64,000 bases of DNA from Thermoproteota archaeon. Its GTDB lineage: Archaea; Korarchaeota; Korarchaeia; B14-G2. The notes under the pieces are model-generated. The model saw nothing but the letters and a program-made list of their open reading frames with translations, was not told where the DNA came from and ran no database searches. A program made the position numbers and the translations under genes. Positions 28,280 to 38,538 of the stretch are shown here, piece after piece (position 1 is the stretch's first letter; each line of letters opens with the position of its first letter). The stretch lies in the NCBI GenBank assembly GCA_037917675.1, contig JAVCBW010000036.1, forward strand, positions 1 through 64,000. Reading direction: 5' to 3'.

Positions 28280-28532
28280 GTCCTCATAACTGTTATAAAC
28301 AGCTTCCCTAGCGATAGATGCCTCAAGAATGGTGTTGGCTAGACCAGACGACTTTGATACCTTGCTCCAGGCTATGGCCAGGAACGTGCTTTTAGTCTTA
28401 CTATCCGTAGCTCTAGCATCAGTAGGGCTCTCCATTACAGTGTTCATATGAAGTAGAGGCTTTTTTTCTTCTATGGTTAATACTTTTAAGCTATCCATCG
28501 TGAAGGTTGCTGAAAGCCCCTCGGGGGGTTAT

Positions 28533-28931
28533 ATGCCTACTCCAGGCTTCGACTTGACGGCAGCTATCACTTTAGCTCTCGCCTTCACTGTAGGTGCTGT
28601 TATAGGGACCATCGGCTTCATAATCGGTAGAATAATCTCGCCAAGGCGAGAGCTCCCAATGAAGCATGAGAGATACGAGTGTGGCAACAAGCCTATGGGG
28701 AGGGCTAGAGGATGGTTTGCAATGCAGTACTATCCATACCTCATAGTATTCCTCACAGTAGAGCCCATAGCGATATACTGCTTTCTTTCACTGATTCTTG
28801 CCAAGCAAGCTCTCCTCCAGGTGTCAGGTATCCTAGCACTGATAGTAGCTATGCTAGCTCCAACCTTACTCTTCGGTTTAGAGGCAGCTAGGAGGGTTGA
28901 ACTATGGCTTGTTCAGGAGGAGTCGTCCTGA
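28533..28931 (+). CDS. nuoA: Complex I-like subunit A
   Basis: K..RYECG, QYY....FL..E; start moved to ATG 28533. Confidence 0.88.
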   Translation: MPTPGFDLTAAITLALAFTVGAVIGTIGFIIGRIISPRRELPMKHERYECGNKPMGRARGWFAMQYYPYLIVFLTVEPIAIYCFLSLILAKQALLQVSGILALIVAMLAPTLLFGLEAARRVELWLVQEESS

Positions 28932-29434
28932 TAGGCAAGCTCGAGGAGGCAGCTCGAAGAGCTGCACAATGGCTCATAGAGAAGCCTCCAATCAGGACGA
29001 TAAGAGACTGGGGAATAAGGTTTTCTCTCTGGCCAGTACACTTCACCACAGCATGCTGTGGTGCAGAGTTCGCAGCTGCATCAGGCCCAAGATATGACGC
29101 AGAGAGGTACGGTTTCCTCCCATTTACAGCTCCGAGGCAGTGTAATCTGATGCTGATAGAAGGCACTTTGACCAAGAAGATGGGTAGAGCTGCTAAGATA
29201 GTCTATGACCAGATGCCTGAGCCAAAGTTCGTCATAGCGATGGGGGTCTGTGGCCTAGATGGAGGAATATTCTGGAACAGCTATAACATAGTGAGGCCAT
29301 GGCAGATTCTACCAGTCGAGGTGTTCATACCAGGCTGCCCACCTAGACCTGAGGCTGTGGCCCGAGCAATACTCATGCTCCAAGAGAAGATAAGGAGGGA
29401 AGGTGTCAGAGTTGAAGCTGGAGGAGGCACTTGA
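28904..29434 (+). CDS. nuoB: Complex I-like subunit B
   Basis: Tandem-Cys TACCGAE, YD.ER.G, PRQ, QMPEPK.VIAMG.C, PGCPPRPE. Confidence 0.92.
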   Translation: MACSGGVVLIGKLEEAARRAAQWLIEKPPIRTIRDWGIRFSLWPVHFTTACCGAEFAAASGPRYDAERYGFLPFTAPRQCNLMLIEGTLTKKMGRAAKIVYDQMPEPKFVIAMGVCGLDGGIFWNSYNIVRPWQILPVEVFIPGCPPRPEAVARAILMLQEKIRREGVRVEAGGGT

Positions 29435-29891
29435 GCTTCTTAAGGCTACATTAAGCGGCGTGGAATGTCTCATTGGAGAAGAAAGCGGGATACCAACTGT
29501 CAGAGCTACTCCAGAGAATCTCTCTAAGGCTGCTGAGAGGCTAAAGGAGGCTGGCTTCGACCATGTGAAGTCAGTGACTGGAATAGACTACCCAGAAGAG
29601 GGGAGCATGGAGGTAGTATACCACATCTCGTCTTACACGAAGCCTGAGCTAGCGAAGCTAATAGTAGCTTTGAAAACCAAGGTTGAGAGAGGGTCGCCTA
29701 AGCTCAGCTCGCTCTATAGAATATGGCCTAGCTCCGCCTACCTAGAGTCAGAGACCTATGACCTGATGGGCATAGAGTTTGATGGAAATCCCAAGCAGAG
29801 GAGGCTTCTCCTACCTGAGGACTACGAGGGGATCCCCCCACTCAGGAAGGACTTCAAGATACCTGTTGAAGAGGTTGATGCAGTTGAGTGA
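29403..29891 (+). CDS. nuoC: Complex I-like subunit C
   Basis: VTGIDY, E.E.YDLMGI.F.G, RRLLLPED, PLRKDF. Confidence 0.9.
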   Translation: MSELKLEEALELLKATLSGVECLIGEESGIPTVRATPENLSKAAERLKEAGFDHVKSVTGIDYPEEGSMEVVYHISSYTKPELAKLIVALKTKVERGSPKLSSLYRIWPSSAYLESETYDLMGIEFDGNPKQRRLLLPEDYEGIPPLRKDFKIPVEEVDAVE

Positions 29892-31047
29892 GAGGACAAT
29901 CGAGCTCTACATAGGCCCTCAGCACCCTGGCTCAGGTCACATGAGATTCGACATAACTCTGGATGGAGACATAATAGTGAAGGCCGAGCCGAGCATAGGC
30001 TATGTACACAGGTCAGTTGAGAAGATAGCTGAAACTAAGACATACATCCAAATAGTCCCTCTAGTTGAGAGGCCTTCTCTAGCTGACACAGTCAACCCAA
30101 ACCTCGGCTACATCCTGGCAGTAGAGAAGCTCCTAGGGATCGAGGCTCCACCCAGAGCACAGTACCTGAGGACGCTTGCAGCTGAAGCAAACAGGATCCA
30201 CAGCCACTTCTATGGCATAGGGATCCTAGGCATAATGCTAGGTTCCTCAACAGCATTCATGTGGGCTTTCGCAGACAGGGAGATCATGATAGAGCTTCTT
30301 CAGATGCTGACTGGAGCCAGGATAACATACTCGTATATAGTTCCAGGTGGTGTCAGAAGAGATCTTCCAGCAGGCTTCAAGGAGGCTGCTGAAAAAGCGC
30401 TACGGTACCTGGAGAGGAGGCTAAAGGACTACGAGAAGCTTTTCTTTGAGAACCCTGTTACTGTAGCTAGGCTTAAGGGAGTCGGGGTGTTAAGGAAGGA
30501 GGATGCCATAGCTCTAGGTATAGTGGGCCCAAACTTGAGGGCTTCAGGAGTTAACTATGATGTCAGAAGAGCAGACCCCTATGCTGCCTATAGCGATCTA
30601 GACTTCGAGGTCGTCGTCAAAGAGGAGGGAGACGCTTACGCTAGGCTTATGGCTAGAGTCGATGAGATAAAGCAGAGCATGCAGATAATAAGACAGGTTC
30701 TCGAGAAGATACCTGATGGCCCAATCCTCCACGAGAAGTACTATAGGATGATCCCTCCCAAAACCAGGCAGCAGATAGAGGAGACTGGCAGGCTTAAGTT
30801 TCCAGCTGCATTCGCAACGTTAAAGCCCCCGAAGGGAGAGGCTCTATCTAGAGTAGAGGGAGCTAGAGGAGAGTTCCTCTACTATGTTGTTAGCGATGGC
30901 TCACCTAACCCATATAGGTTCAGGATGGTCTCTCCGTCATTTAGGAACGTATGGCTGTTTGCTCACCTGCTCCCAGGCCATAGGCTAGCTGACATCCCAG
31001 CGATATATGGCAGCATAGACTACTTCCCTCCTTGTGCTGACAGGTGA
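29878..31047 (+). CDS. nuoD: Complex I-like subunit D
   Basis: GPQHP, GY.HR..EK, TGAR, PGGVRRD, RASG..YD.R, E..RGE, C-terminal DR; no Ni-binding CxxC; start moved to ATG 29878. Confidence 0.9.
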   Translation: MQLSERTIELYIGPQHPGSGHMRFDITLDGDIIVKAEPSIGYVHRSVEKIAETKTYIQIVPLVERPSLADTVNPNLGYILAVEKLLGIEAPPRAQYLRTLAAEANRIHSHFYGIGILGIMLGSSTAFMWAFADREIMIELLQMLTGARITYSYIVPGGVRRDLPAGFKEAAEKALRYLERRLKDYEKLFFENPVTVARLKGVGVLRKEDAIALGIVGPNLRASGVNYDVRRADPYAAYSDLDFEVVVKEEGDAYARLMARVDEIKQSMQIIRQVLEKIPDGPILHEKYYRMIPPKTRQQIEETGRLKFPAAFATLKPPKGEALSRVEGARGEFLYYVVSDGSPNPYRFRMVSPSFRNVWLFAHLLPGHRLADIPAIYGSIDYFPPCADR

Positions 31048-31056
31048 GGTGGTATC

Positions 31057-32082
31057 ATGCAGGTGTCTATGATCATAAGCTGGCTGATAAATCTCCTCTT
31101 CTATCGGCCTGAAGTGTTCTGTCCCCTATTCTATCCTGGGCTAGTCACGATACTAGCACTTCTCCTATTCATAATCTGGCTTGAAAGGAAGATAGCTGGC
31201 AAGGTACAGCTCAGATACGGGCCCCTCTACGTCACCAGGAAGGCTGGTGGAGTCCTCCAGCTGCTAGCAGACCTCCTCAGGTACCTGTTCCAGGAGCCTA
31301 TCATACCGAAGACTGTAGACAAGATAGCCTTCATAGCAGGCCCAGTCCTCTTGTTCACAACAGCTTATGTGCCTGCAGCTATCCTGCCAGCTACAGCAGA
31401 GTTCACAGGGCTGAGAAGTGACCTCAGCCTGCTAGCTGTGCTAGCTCTCCTCACTCTAGCACCGATATTCGACATGATAATAGGCTGGGGTAGCAACAAC
31501 AAGTTCAGCTTGATAGGAAGCCTAAGAGAAGGATACCTCGTGATGTCATATGAGATCCCGATGTTCCTCTCCACTCTAGCGATAGCAATGGTATATGGGA
31601 GCTTAGACCTAGTTGAGATAGTTGAGATGCAGAGACACTACTGGGGCATCTTACTCAACCCAATTGCAGCAATAACATTCCTCCTAGTTGCTCTCATGTC
31701 TACAGCCAGATTCCCATTTGAGATAGCTGAAGCTGAGACAGAGATAGTCATGGGGCCCTACACAGAGTACAGTGGAATCCTATACGGCCTGCTGATGGGT
31801 GCTAGCTATGTCAAGTTCTATGTGCTAAGCATGCTCTTCGCTCTCCTGTTCCTAGGAGGATGGCATCCTGGCATCACATGGCTCGAGAAGATACATCCAG
31901 CTGCACCAGGCCTAGTGGTGTTTATCAAAGCCCTTATCATAATGGTGTTTGGCATATTTCTGAGAGCAGTATACCCAAGGTTCAGGGTAGACCAGGCGAT
32001 AAGGATAGGCTGGCACATGCTGTTTGTGCTCTCAATGCTCTCAATAGTCTACTCTCTAGCTGTAATCTGGCTGGTAGGGTGA
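31057..32082 (+). CDS. nuoH: Complex I-like subunit H
   Basis: ERK...Q.R.GP, Q..AD, SYE, R.PFE..EAE.E, EYSG, PRFR.DQ. Confidence 0.92.
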   Translation: MQVSMIISWLINLLFYRPEVFCPLFYPGLVTILALLLFIIWLERKIAGKVQLRYGPLYVTRKAGGVLQLLADLLRYLFQEPIIPKTVDKIAFIAGPVLLFTTAYVPAAILPATAEFTGLRSDLSLLAVLALLTLAPIFDMIIGWGSNNKFSLIGSLREGYLVMSYEIPMFLSTLAIAMVYGSLDLVEIVEMQRHYWGILLNPIAAITFLLVALMSTARFPFEIAEAETEIVMGPYTEYSGILYGLLMGASYVKFYVLSMLFALLFLGGWHPGITWLEKIHPAAPGLVVFIKALIIMVFGIFLRAVYPRFRVDQAIRIGWHMLFVLSMLSIVYSLAVIWLVG

Positions 32083-32086
32083 TAGC

Positions 32087-32563
32087 ATGGAGCTTCCTAA
32101 GAGGGTTGCTCATCATATAGAAGCACTCTTGACAGGAGCCAAGTACCTGGTTGCAAAGCCTAGGATAACAGTGATGTATCCTGAGGAAGCTCAGATGCTT
32201 CCAGAAGGCTACAGGGGGATGCCTAAGTTCAACAAAGAGAAGTGCAGGAGCTGCAGTCTCTGTGCTAGGATCTGCCCAGCTAACGCCATAAAGATGTATG
32301 CTTTTGAATCTGAGGATGGGAAAAAGAAGAAGTATCCTGGGATAAACTACAATAGATGCATTTTCTGTGGGTTCTGTGTTGATATCTGCCCAGCTGGCTC
32401 CCTAGAATTCACCGACATCCACGACTATGCCTCATATAGCCTCGAAGACCTAATATTCAAGCCTGATAGACTTGCTGAAGGCCCTCCCCCGAGGCCTTTC
32501 AAGCCTAAGCTAGTTAAGCCCATATTAGATGAGGAGGTGGGGTTGAAGTATGTTTCAGGCTAG
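32087..32563 (+). CDS. nuoI: Complex I-like subunit I (2x[4Fe-4S])
   Basis: T..YP, YRG, CRSCSLCARICP, RCIFCGFCVDICP. Confidence 0.92.
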   Translation: MELPKRVAHHIEALLTGAKYLVAKPRITVMYPEEAQMLPEGYRGMPKFNKEKCRSCSLCARICPANAIKMYAFESEDGKKKKYPGINYNRCIFCGFCVDICPAGSLEFTDIHDYASYSLEDLIFKPDRLAEGPPPRPFKPKLVKPILDEEVGLKYVSG

Positions 32564-33035
32564 CATAGTTGAAGGCCTGATATTCACGCTGGCTGCAGCC
32601 CTCACGATAACCTCAGCTGCGCTCGTAGTATCCATGAGGTCCCTAGTCTACTCTGCCTTCTTCCTAGCTCTAGTGGGTGCAGGGAATGCTATCTTCATGG
32701 CCATGCTCGGGTTCCCAGTGCTGTCACTATTCCAGCTATCAGTTTACGTTGGAGCTGCAGTAACATTCATCCTGTTCTCTATAACCATGTTCAGGAAGCC
32801 AGTAAGGGTAGAGGCTGCAGCCAGCATGCTAGCACTAGATGCTGCAGCCCTGGTTGCAGCAGGCTTACTCTATGCATTCCAGTCAGTCACAGGGGCACCT
32901 GTCTCAGTCAGCTTCAGGGAGATATCATCCCTGCTTATAGGCAAGTACAGGTTTGCTCTGATCATAGCATCTCTAGCCCTCGTCACCACGCTTATTGAAG
33001 CTATAACTCTAGCTATGAGAGGTGAGATGAGATGA
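32550..33035 (+). CDS. nuoJ: Complex I-like subunit J
   Basis: Hydrophobic, VYSA..L, Q..VYVGA; operon position. Confidence 0.85.
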   Translation: MFQASIVEGLIFTLAAALTITSAALVVSMRSLVYSAFFLALVGAGNAIFMAMLGFPVLSLFQLSVYVGAAVTFILFSITMFRKPVRVEAAASMLALDAAALVAAGLLYAFQSVTGAPVSVSFREISSLLIGKYRFALIIASLALVTTLIEAITLAMRGEMR

Positions 33036-33334
33036 CCGTCTTGCCCTACCTAGCTGTATCTGCCTGCCTTTTTGGAATAGGCCTATATGGCCTGATGTCA
33101 AGTAGGAATTTCATCAAGATGCTCCTGTCAGCTGAGGTGATATTCAACGGCGGCTTGCTTGCACTGCTCTCCATGGCAGCTGCCTCAGGAGCTGCCCCAG
33201 TTGGAGGCGCCATAGCTATACTTGCCATAGCAATAGCTGCAGCTGAAGTAGGTGTAGCTGTCTCGATAGCTATCCTCATGTTCATGCTGAAGGGAGACGT
33301 AGACGTGTATAAGCTTGAGAAGTTTAAAGGGTGA
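33032..33334 (+). CDS. nuoK: Complex I-like subunit K
   Basis: GLYG...RN....L..E, AAAEV.V. Confidence 0.88.
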   Translation: MTVLPYLAVSACLFGIGLYGLMSSRNFIKMLLSAEVIFNGGLLALLSMAAASGAAPVGGAIAILAIAIAAAEVGVAVSIAILMFMLKGDVDVYKLEKFKG

Positions 33335-34878
33335 GTGACATGCAGCTGGGATTTCCAGTCCTGATGTCCACTGTGGTTGTTCCCATATTAGGATCTCTGC
33401 TGCTGCCACTATTCGGCAAGGATGAAAGCCCAGAAGCCAACGCTACAGCAGCAACCATGCTACTGCTATGGCCTCTAGTAGCCATAGCAGGGCTCATGGC
33501 TGTCACAGGGCTTAAGGAGCCTGTAATAGATCCACCTGTCCTTGCAAGCACCAGAGCAGGCGTTTTCACCATGATACTAGATGGGCTGAATGCTCCGCTA
33601 GCTATCTCGATAGCAGTGGTCACAGCATTCGTATCAGCATACTCCCTGCCATACATGAAGCATAGGTTCGAAGAGATGGAGCATGAAGGCGAAAAGCCCC
33701 CATCCTGGGGAGTATACTACATGCTCTACGTCATGTTCTCTGCTGCAATGCTTGGTACAGTCCTCTCAACAAACATCCTTGAGTTCTACTTGTTCCTGGA
33801 GCTCAGCTTGCTTCCAAGCTTCCTCCTGATAGCTTTCTACGGCTACGGTGAGAGAGCTAGGATAGCTATACTGTATCTAATCTGGACTCACATAGGAGCT
33901 CTCCTATTCCTAGCTGGAGCAATGGTTCTAGGACTGAAGACCGGGATATTCGACATAATAAACCCAGCTACTATGCAGCACTACATAGCACTAGGAGAGA
34001 GGCTCCCAGCAGCTATGAGGATGCCTGTAGCAATAGCTCTCATAGTAGGGCTTTTCATCAAGATGGCTGTCTTCGGCGTGCACATATGGCTACCATATGC
34101 ACATGCTGAGGCACCTACCCCAGTGTCAGCTCTCCTGTCACCAAACCTGATAGGGATAGCAGGCTACGCGCTAGTCAGGATAAGCTACACGTTCTTTCCA
34201 GCGGAGTTCAAGGCTCTATCTCCATACCTGTCGTTTCTAGCCCTCCTCACAATGATATATGGTGGGTTCATGGTTCTAGCTCAAGACGACTTCAAGAGGC
34301 TACTAGCATACTCTAGCATAAGCCAAATGGGCTACATCCTGCTAGGTGTTTCAAGCCTGCTTCCAAGCGGGATAGCTGGAGCAATGCTCCACTACGCTTC
34401 ACATGCAGTCGGGAAAGCTCTGCTCTTCATGACTGCAGGAGCCCTGATAGTGCAGCTACATGGGCTGAGAAGCATAAGCAAGATGGGTGGGCTAGCACCA
34501 AAGATGCCGTATACAGCTGCACTAGCTCTGATAGGCTTCATGCACATCACTGGTGTGCCTCCTTCACTAGGGCTATGGAGTGAGATCTTCATCGTAATGG
34601 GTGCAGTCAACAGAGCCATGGAATCAGGGTCAAATTGCTTCATAGCTCTCGTAGCTGGCCTGATTGCAGCCATAGGGCTATCTACAGCATACTCCTTCGT
34701 CACCATGAAGAGGATATTCTTCGGTGAGCCCTCCAAGGCATCTGAGGAAGCTAGGGAGGCGAGCAAAGGCATCATAGTGCCTATGGCCCTCATAGCTGCT
34801 ATGGGCATGATACTCTTCCTGATCCCCTATAAGCTCGTCAACCCACTAGTAGAGCTAGCAGCTTCTCTACTGAGGTGA
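33331..34878 (+). CDS. nuoM: Complex I-like antiporter subunit M
   Basis: DGL, FY.F.E..L.P, K...F..H.WLP.AH.EAP, AYSS.SQMG. Confidence 0.88.
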   Translation: MSDMQLGFPVLMSTVVVPILGSLLLPLFGKDESPEANATAATMLLLWPLVAIAGLMAVTGLKEPVIDPPVLASTRAGVFTMILDGLNAPLAISIAVVTAFVSAYSLPYMKHRFEEMEHEGEKPPSWGVYYMLYVMFSAAMLGTVLSTNILEFYLFLELSLLPSFLLIAFYGYGERARIAILYLIWTHIGALLFLAGAMVLGLKTGIFDIINPATMQHYIALGERLPAAMRMPVAIALIVGLFIKMAVFGVHIWLPYAHAEAPTPVSALLSPNLIGIAGYALVRISYTFFPAEFKALSPYLSFLALLTMIYGGFMVLAQDDFKRLLAYSSISQMGYILLGVSSLLPSGIAGAMLHYASHAVGKALLFMTAGALIVQLHGLRSISKMGGLAPKMPYTAALALIGFMHITGVPPSLGLWSEIFIVMGAVNRAMESGSNCFIALVAGLIAAIGLSTAYSFVTMKRIFFGEPSKASEEAREASKGIIVPMALIAAMGMILFLIPYKLVNPLVELAASLLR

Positions 34879-36989
34879 AGCCCTTGGAGCTAGCTGTAGC
34901 CTCAGCTGTACTCACATGGCTACTACCATACATTGGAGCTCTGGTAGCAGTGGTAGCTAGAGGCAAGGCTAGAGACTACGCTTGCGTCGGGGCTCTGCTA
35001 GTCAGCGCCCTCCTCTCCACAGTGCTCTGGCAGTCAGTGATAGCTAGAGAGGAGCCTGTAGTCTTCAGGAAGCCTTGGATCGAGGCTTCAGGCCTAGAGG
35101 TAAACCTCGGAGTGTACGTGGATAGCTTAGCAGCCTACATGGGGCTAGTTGTAGCCTGGTTATGCTTCCTGATAGGCTTCTACAGCTTGAAGTACATGGA
35201 GGGCGACCCAGGCTTAACCAGATACTGGTTCTTCTTCGATTTCTTCGTGGGCTCAATGCTCCTCCTAGTCTATGCTGAGAACCTGATAACAATGTTCCTA
35301 GGCTGGGAGGGGACAGGCTTGGCATCATATGCCCTAATAGGCCACTGGTACACTGATGAAGAGGAGCGCTGGGTAGGTGACCCAGGAAGAAGGGCATTAG
35401 GGGTTCCAATGTGGTTCCCACCAAGCCACAGTGGGGTGAGAGCCATAGTCTTCACTAGGCTGGGCGATGTAGGCTTCATAGCTGGCATAGCAGTACTATA
35501 TGCGCTTACAGGGACATTTAGCATACCTGAGCTAGCTGAGCACCCAGAATACTGGGCTCTCCCCCTGGCAACAAGAGGCCTCCTCTATCCTCTACTGCTC
35601 ATATTCTCGCTAGGAGCACTAGCTAAGAGCGCCCAATTCCCGTTCCACGAGTGGCTTGTCACAGCGATGACAGGCCCAACATCAGTTTCAGCCCTGATAC
35701 ATGCTGCAACCATGGTTAAGGCTGGAGTCTTCTTCATGCTGAGGTTTGCCCCAATATTTGTGGCAGCAGCCCACATACATGAGGCAGCACCGCAAGTACA
35801 CGCCTTCTTCGCTACAGTAGCCCTGATAGGAGGGTTCACAGCATTCTTCATGGCAACCCAGGCTACAGTAGCTAGGGAGCTGAAGCTCATACTGGCATTC
35901 TCGACAGCATCTCAGCTAGGCTACATGTTCCTGGCAATAGGGTCCTCAGGCCTCCTACACGAGTTCATAGGTGGGTTCACAGCTTGCTTCAACCACCTGA
36001 TGAGCCATGCTGTATTCAAGGCGTCTCTGTTCTTAGCAGCTGGAGCAATAATACATGCTGTCCACTCTAGGTTCATAGATGACATGGGTGGCCTCTCGAA
36101 GTACATGAAGCTCACCTTCATAGCTATGCTCCTAGCAGCACTAAGCCTGTCAGGAGTCCCGCCATTCATGGGGTTCTGGTCCAAAGACTCTGTTATCGAG
36201 GCTGCAAAGCACGCGCACCTAGCTCTACCCTATGCATTTGGGGTCATAACATCGCTTTTGACGGCATTCTACTCAATGAGGATGCTTTGCATAGTGTTCC
36301 TAAGCCGAGAGTCCAAGACTGTAAAGCATGTACTAGAGGAGCACAAGCTTCATGAGGCTCATCCAGTAATGCTAGCCCCATATCTGCTGCTAGCTATAGT
36401 GTCGATAGGTCTAGGCGTAGCTTGGCCACTAGCCTACCCAGCTCTAATGAGGACATTAACATGCAATGTCGTAGGTCTAGAAGAGGCTCCACGCGAGTTC
36501 CACCTACACATTGATATGCAGCTTACAGCTACATGCTCCACACTAGTAGCAATAGGCCTCTTGGTAGCTATAGCAAACTACTTTAAGCCAGCTTTCAGGC
36601 TGGATGCTACCCTACTGAAGCAGCCTCTGCTGAAAGCTCTCAGAGACTTTTTATATGACAGGTGGCTCCTCAACTCTATATACTACAGGGTTTTAGTCTA
36701 TGGTGGAGCAGCTTTCGCCAGAGCAGTCTTCAAGTGGTTCGACACCCTCATAATAGATGGAATATACCACAGGCTAATACCGTGGCTCACGCTGTGGTTC
36801 AGCAGAGAAGCATTTGAGAGCTTTGAGACACCAGTCATAGATGAAGGCTACCACAGCAAGATCCCACATGCATTCATTGAGGCAGGTAGCGTTTTCAGGA
36901 GGGCTCAAACTGGCCGCATAAACCACTACCTACTCACGTTCTTCACAGGATTAGTTGTTGTAGCCATACTAATCCTCTGGGTGATATGA
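34875..36989 (+). CDS. nuoL: Complex I-like antiporter subunit L
   Basis: GWEG.G..SY.LI, R.GD, KSAQFP.H.WL..AM.GPT.VSALIHAATMV.AG, HA.FKA, QTG. Confidence 0.92.
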   Translation: MKPLELAVASAVLTWLLPYIGALVAVVARGKARDYACVGALLVSALLSTVLWQSVIAREEPVVFRKPWIEASGLEVNLGVYVDSLAAYMGLVVAWLCFLIGFYSLKYMEGDPGLTRYWFFFDFFVGSMLLLVYAENLITMFLGWEGTGLASYALIGHWYTDEEERWVGDPGRRALGVPMWFPPSHSGVRAIVFTRLGDVGFIAGIAVLYALTGTFSIPELAEHPEYWALPLATRGLLYPLLLIFSLGALAKSAQFPFHEWLVTAMTGPTSVSALIHAATMVKAGVFFMLRFAPIFVAAAHIHEAAPQVHAFFATVALIGGFTAFFMATQATVARELKLILAFSTASQLGYMFLAIGSSGLLHEFIGGFTACFNHLMSHAVFKASLFLAAGAIIHAVHSRFIDDMGGLSKYMKLTFIAMLLAALSLSGVPPFMGFWSKDSVIEAAKHAHLALPYAFGVITSLLTAFYSMRMLCIVFLSRESKTVKHVLEEHKLHEAHPVMLAPYLLLAIVSIGLGVAWPLAYPALMRTLTCNVVGLEEAPREFHLHIDMQLTATCSTLVAIGLLVAIANYFKPAFRLDATLLKQPLLKALRDFLYDRWLLNSIYYRVLVYGGAAFARAVFKWFDTLIIDGIYHRLIPWLTLWFSREAFESFETPVIDEGYHSKIPHAFIEAGSVFRRAQTGRINHYLLTFFTGLVVVAILILWVI

Positions 36990-36990
36990 G

Positions 36991-38424
36991 ATGATCACAG
37001 CTATGTTTACTCTAACACTCTTCATCCTAGCTGGAGTAGGCCTCTCTATCCCTGCCCTAGACTATGTTCTCCTCAAAGGCAGGAGGAGGACAGCTCCATA
37101 CCTCACGCTGGCTACTATGGCTATCGCTCTAGCAGTATATGCTATGATGGCAGCATACCTGTTTTCATCGAGTAGCATAGCAATGTTCGATGGTGCGCTC
37201 AGACTAGACTTCTATGGTGCATTTCTAGGAGCATTAGTGGTAGCTGGAGCACTACTTGTGGCAGTGGCAAGCTTCCCAGAGGCCTCAAAATGGCCTCTCT
37301 CCCCAAGCTTCTACTCCCTACTCTTACTGGCACTAATGGGAGTCGAGGTCATGCTGTACATAGCAGACCTAGTGGTGCTTTTAGTCACATGGGCTCTAGT
37401 AGCGGTAGCATCCTATGTGCTAGTAGGCATAAGAAAGGATGAGGCCTCTGCTGAGGGAGCAGCTAAATATGCTCTGATGGGTGTGGCATCTTCATCACTC
37501 ATGGTCTATGGTATAGCAGTCCTCTATGGGCTCACTGGCTCAACAGCTCTCCCACCGAAGTCACCACAGCAAGGCTTCCTCCTCTTCTCAGCTGGGGTAA
37601 TGCTCCTAGTAGCATCATTTGGTTTCAAACTTGGAGTAGTACCGTTCCATGGCTGGCTTCCAGACGTCTATGGTGGAGTACATCCCCTCATAGTGTCTTA
37701 CATAGCTGGCGTAGTTAAGGTAGTAGGCATCATAGCTCTGGTCAGAGTACTATACCCTCTAGCTCCAGCTCTAGGCATCAAGTGGACTCAGCTCCTAGCA
37801 GTCCTCTCGATAGCAACGATGACCTTTGGCAATATAGTGGCGCTAGTACAGCAGAATGTCCAGAGGATGATGGCCTATAGTAGCATAGCGCACGCAGGCT
37901 ACCTTCTAGTCGGGCTAGCAGCTGCAGTGAGCCCTGCTGGAAGGCCCTATGGGATACAGGGAGTAGCACTACACATGGCAGCCTACATACTAGCGAAGGT
38001 AGGCATATTCCTAGGCCTAGCATACCTAGCTCGAAAGGGAGTAGAGCTGACCTTATCAGGCATAAGTGGAGTAGGCAGGACGATGCCAGCTATATCTCTA
38101 GGGATCGCTGTTCAGGTAATAAGCCTGATGGGGATTCCACCATTCCTAGGGTTCTGGAGCAAATTCATCTACTTGTTCCTCTCAGTATTCGATATCGCAC
38201 CAGGCCTAGCTCTTGTAGCAATAATTAACAGTGGAATATCAGTGGGATACTATGCTCAGGTGCTGAGACAAATGTACTTCCCAAAAGAGCCTCCTAAGGA
38301 AGCCAGGGAGGAGGCTGTGACAGACCCTGCTGTCATAGCAGTCCTGATAACAGCTATAGCAACAGTAGCACTAGGGTTAGGCCCAGCAGTAGCGTTAGCA
38401 CCTAGGCTCATACCAGCAACATAA
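36991..38424 (+). CDS. nuoN: Complex I-like antiporter subunit N
   Basis: E.A.KY, FK...PFH.W.PDVY.G, R..AYSSIAHAGY, G.PP..GF..K. Confidence 0.9.
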   Translation: MITAMFTLTLFILAGVGLSIPALDYVLLKGRRRTAPYLTLATMAIALAVYAMMAAYLFSSSSIAMFDGALRLDFYGAFLGALVVAGALLVAVASFPEASKWPLSPSFYSLLLLALMGVEVMLYIADLVVLLVTWALVAVASYVLVGIRKDEASAEGAAKYALMGVASSSLMVYGIAVLYGLTGSTALPPKSPQQGFLLFSAGVMLLVASFGFKLGVVPFHGWLPDVYGGVHPLIVSYIAGVVKVVGIIALVRVLYPLAPALGIKWTQLLAVLSIATMTFGNIVALVQQNVQRMMAYSSIAHAGYLLVGLAAAVSPAGRPYGIQGVALHMAAYILAKVGIFLGLAYLARKGVELTLSGISGVGRTMPAISLGIAVQVISLMGIPPFLGFWSKFIYLFLSVFDIAPGLALVAIINSGISVGYYAQVLRQMYFPKEPPKEAREEAVTDPAVIAVLITAIATVALGLGPAVALAPRLIPAT

Positions 38425-38538
38425 CCCAATCTACTTTCTTAGATGGCATAATTCAATCTAGAATATTCCTTCACCCTACTGGAGCACCTTACGTCACCCT
38501 TAGAACCTTTATAATGTCCTAATAGCTGCGGTCATGAG

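Noticed and set aside
27251-28498. Long N-terminal extensions in the ORF track (this GGR; also 25500-25637, 28473-28532, 29779-29877)
   Set aside because: They overlap neighbouring genes or promoters; downstream starts have RBS and match domain boundaries
29878-31047. Complex I-like operon as an energy-converting hydrogenase (Mbh/Ech) or Mbs
   Set aside because: NuoD has no CxxC motifs and NuoB has tandem CC, so it is complex I/Fpo-like
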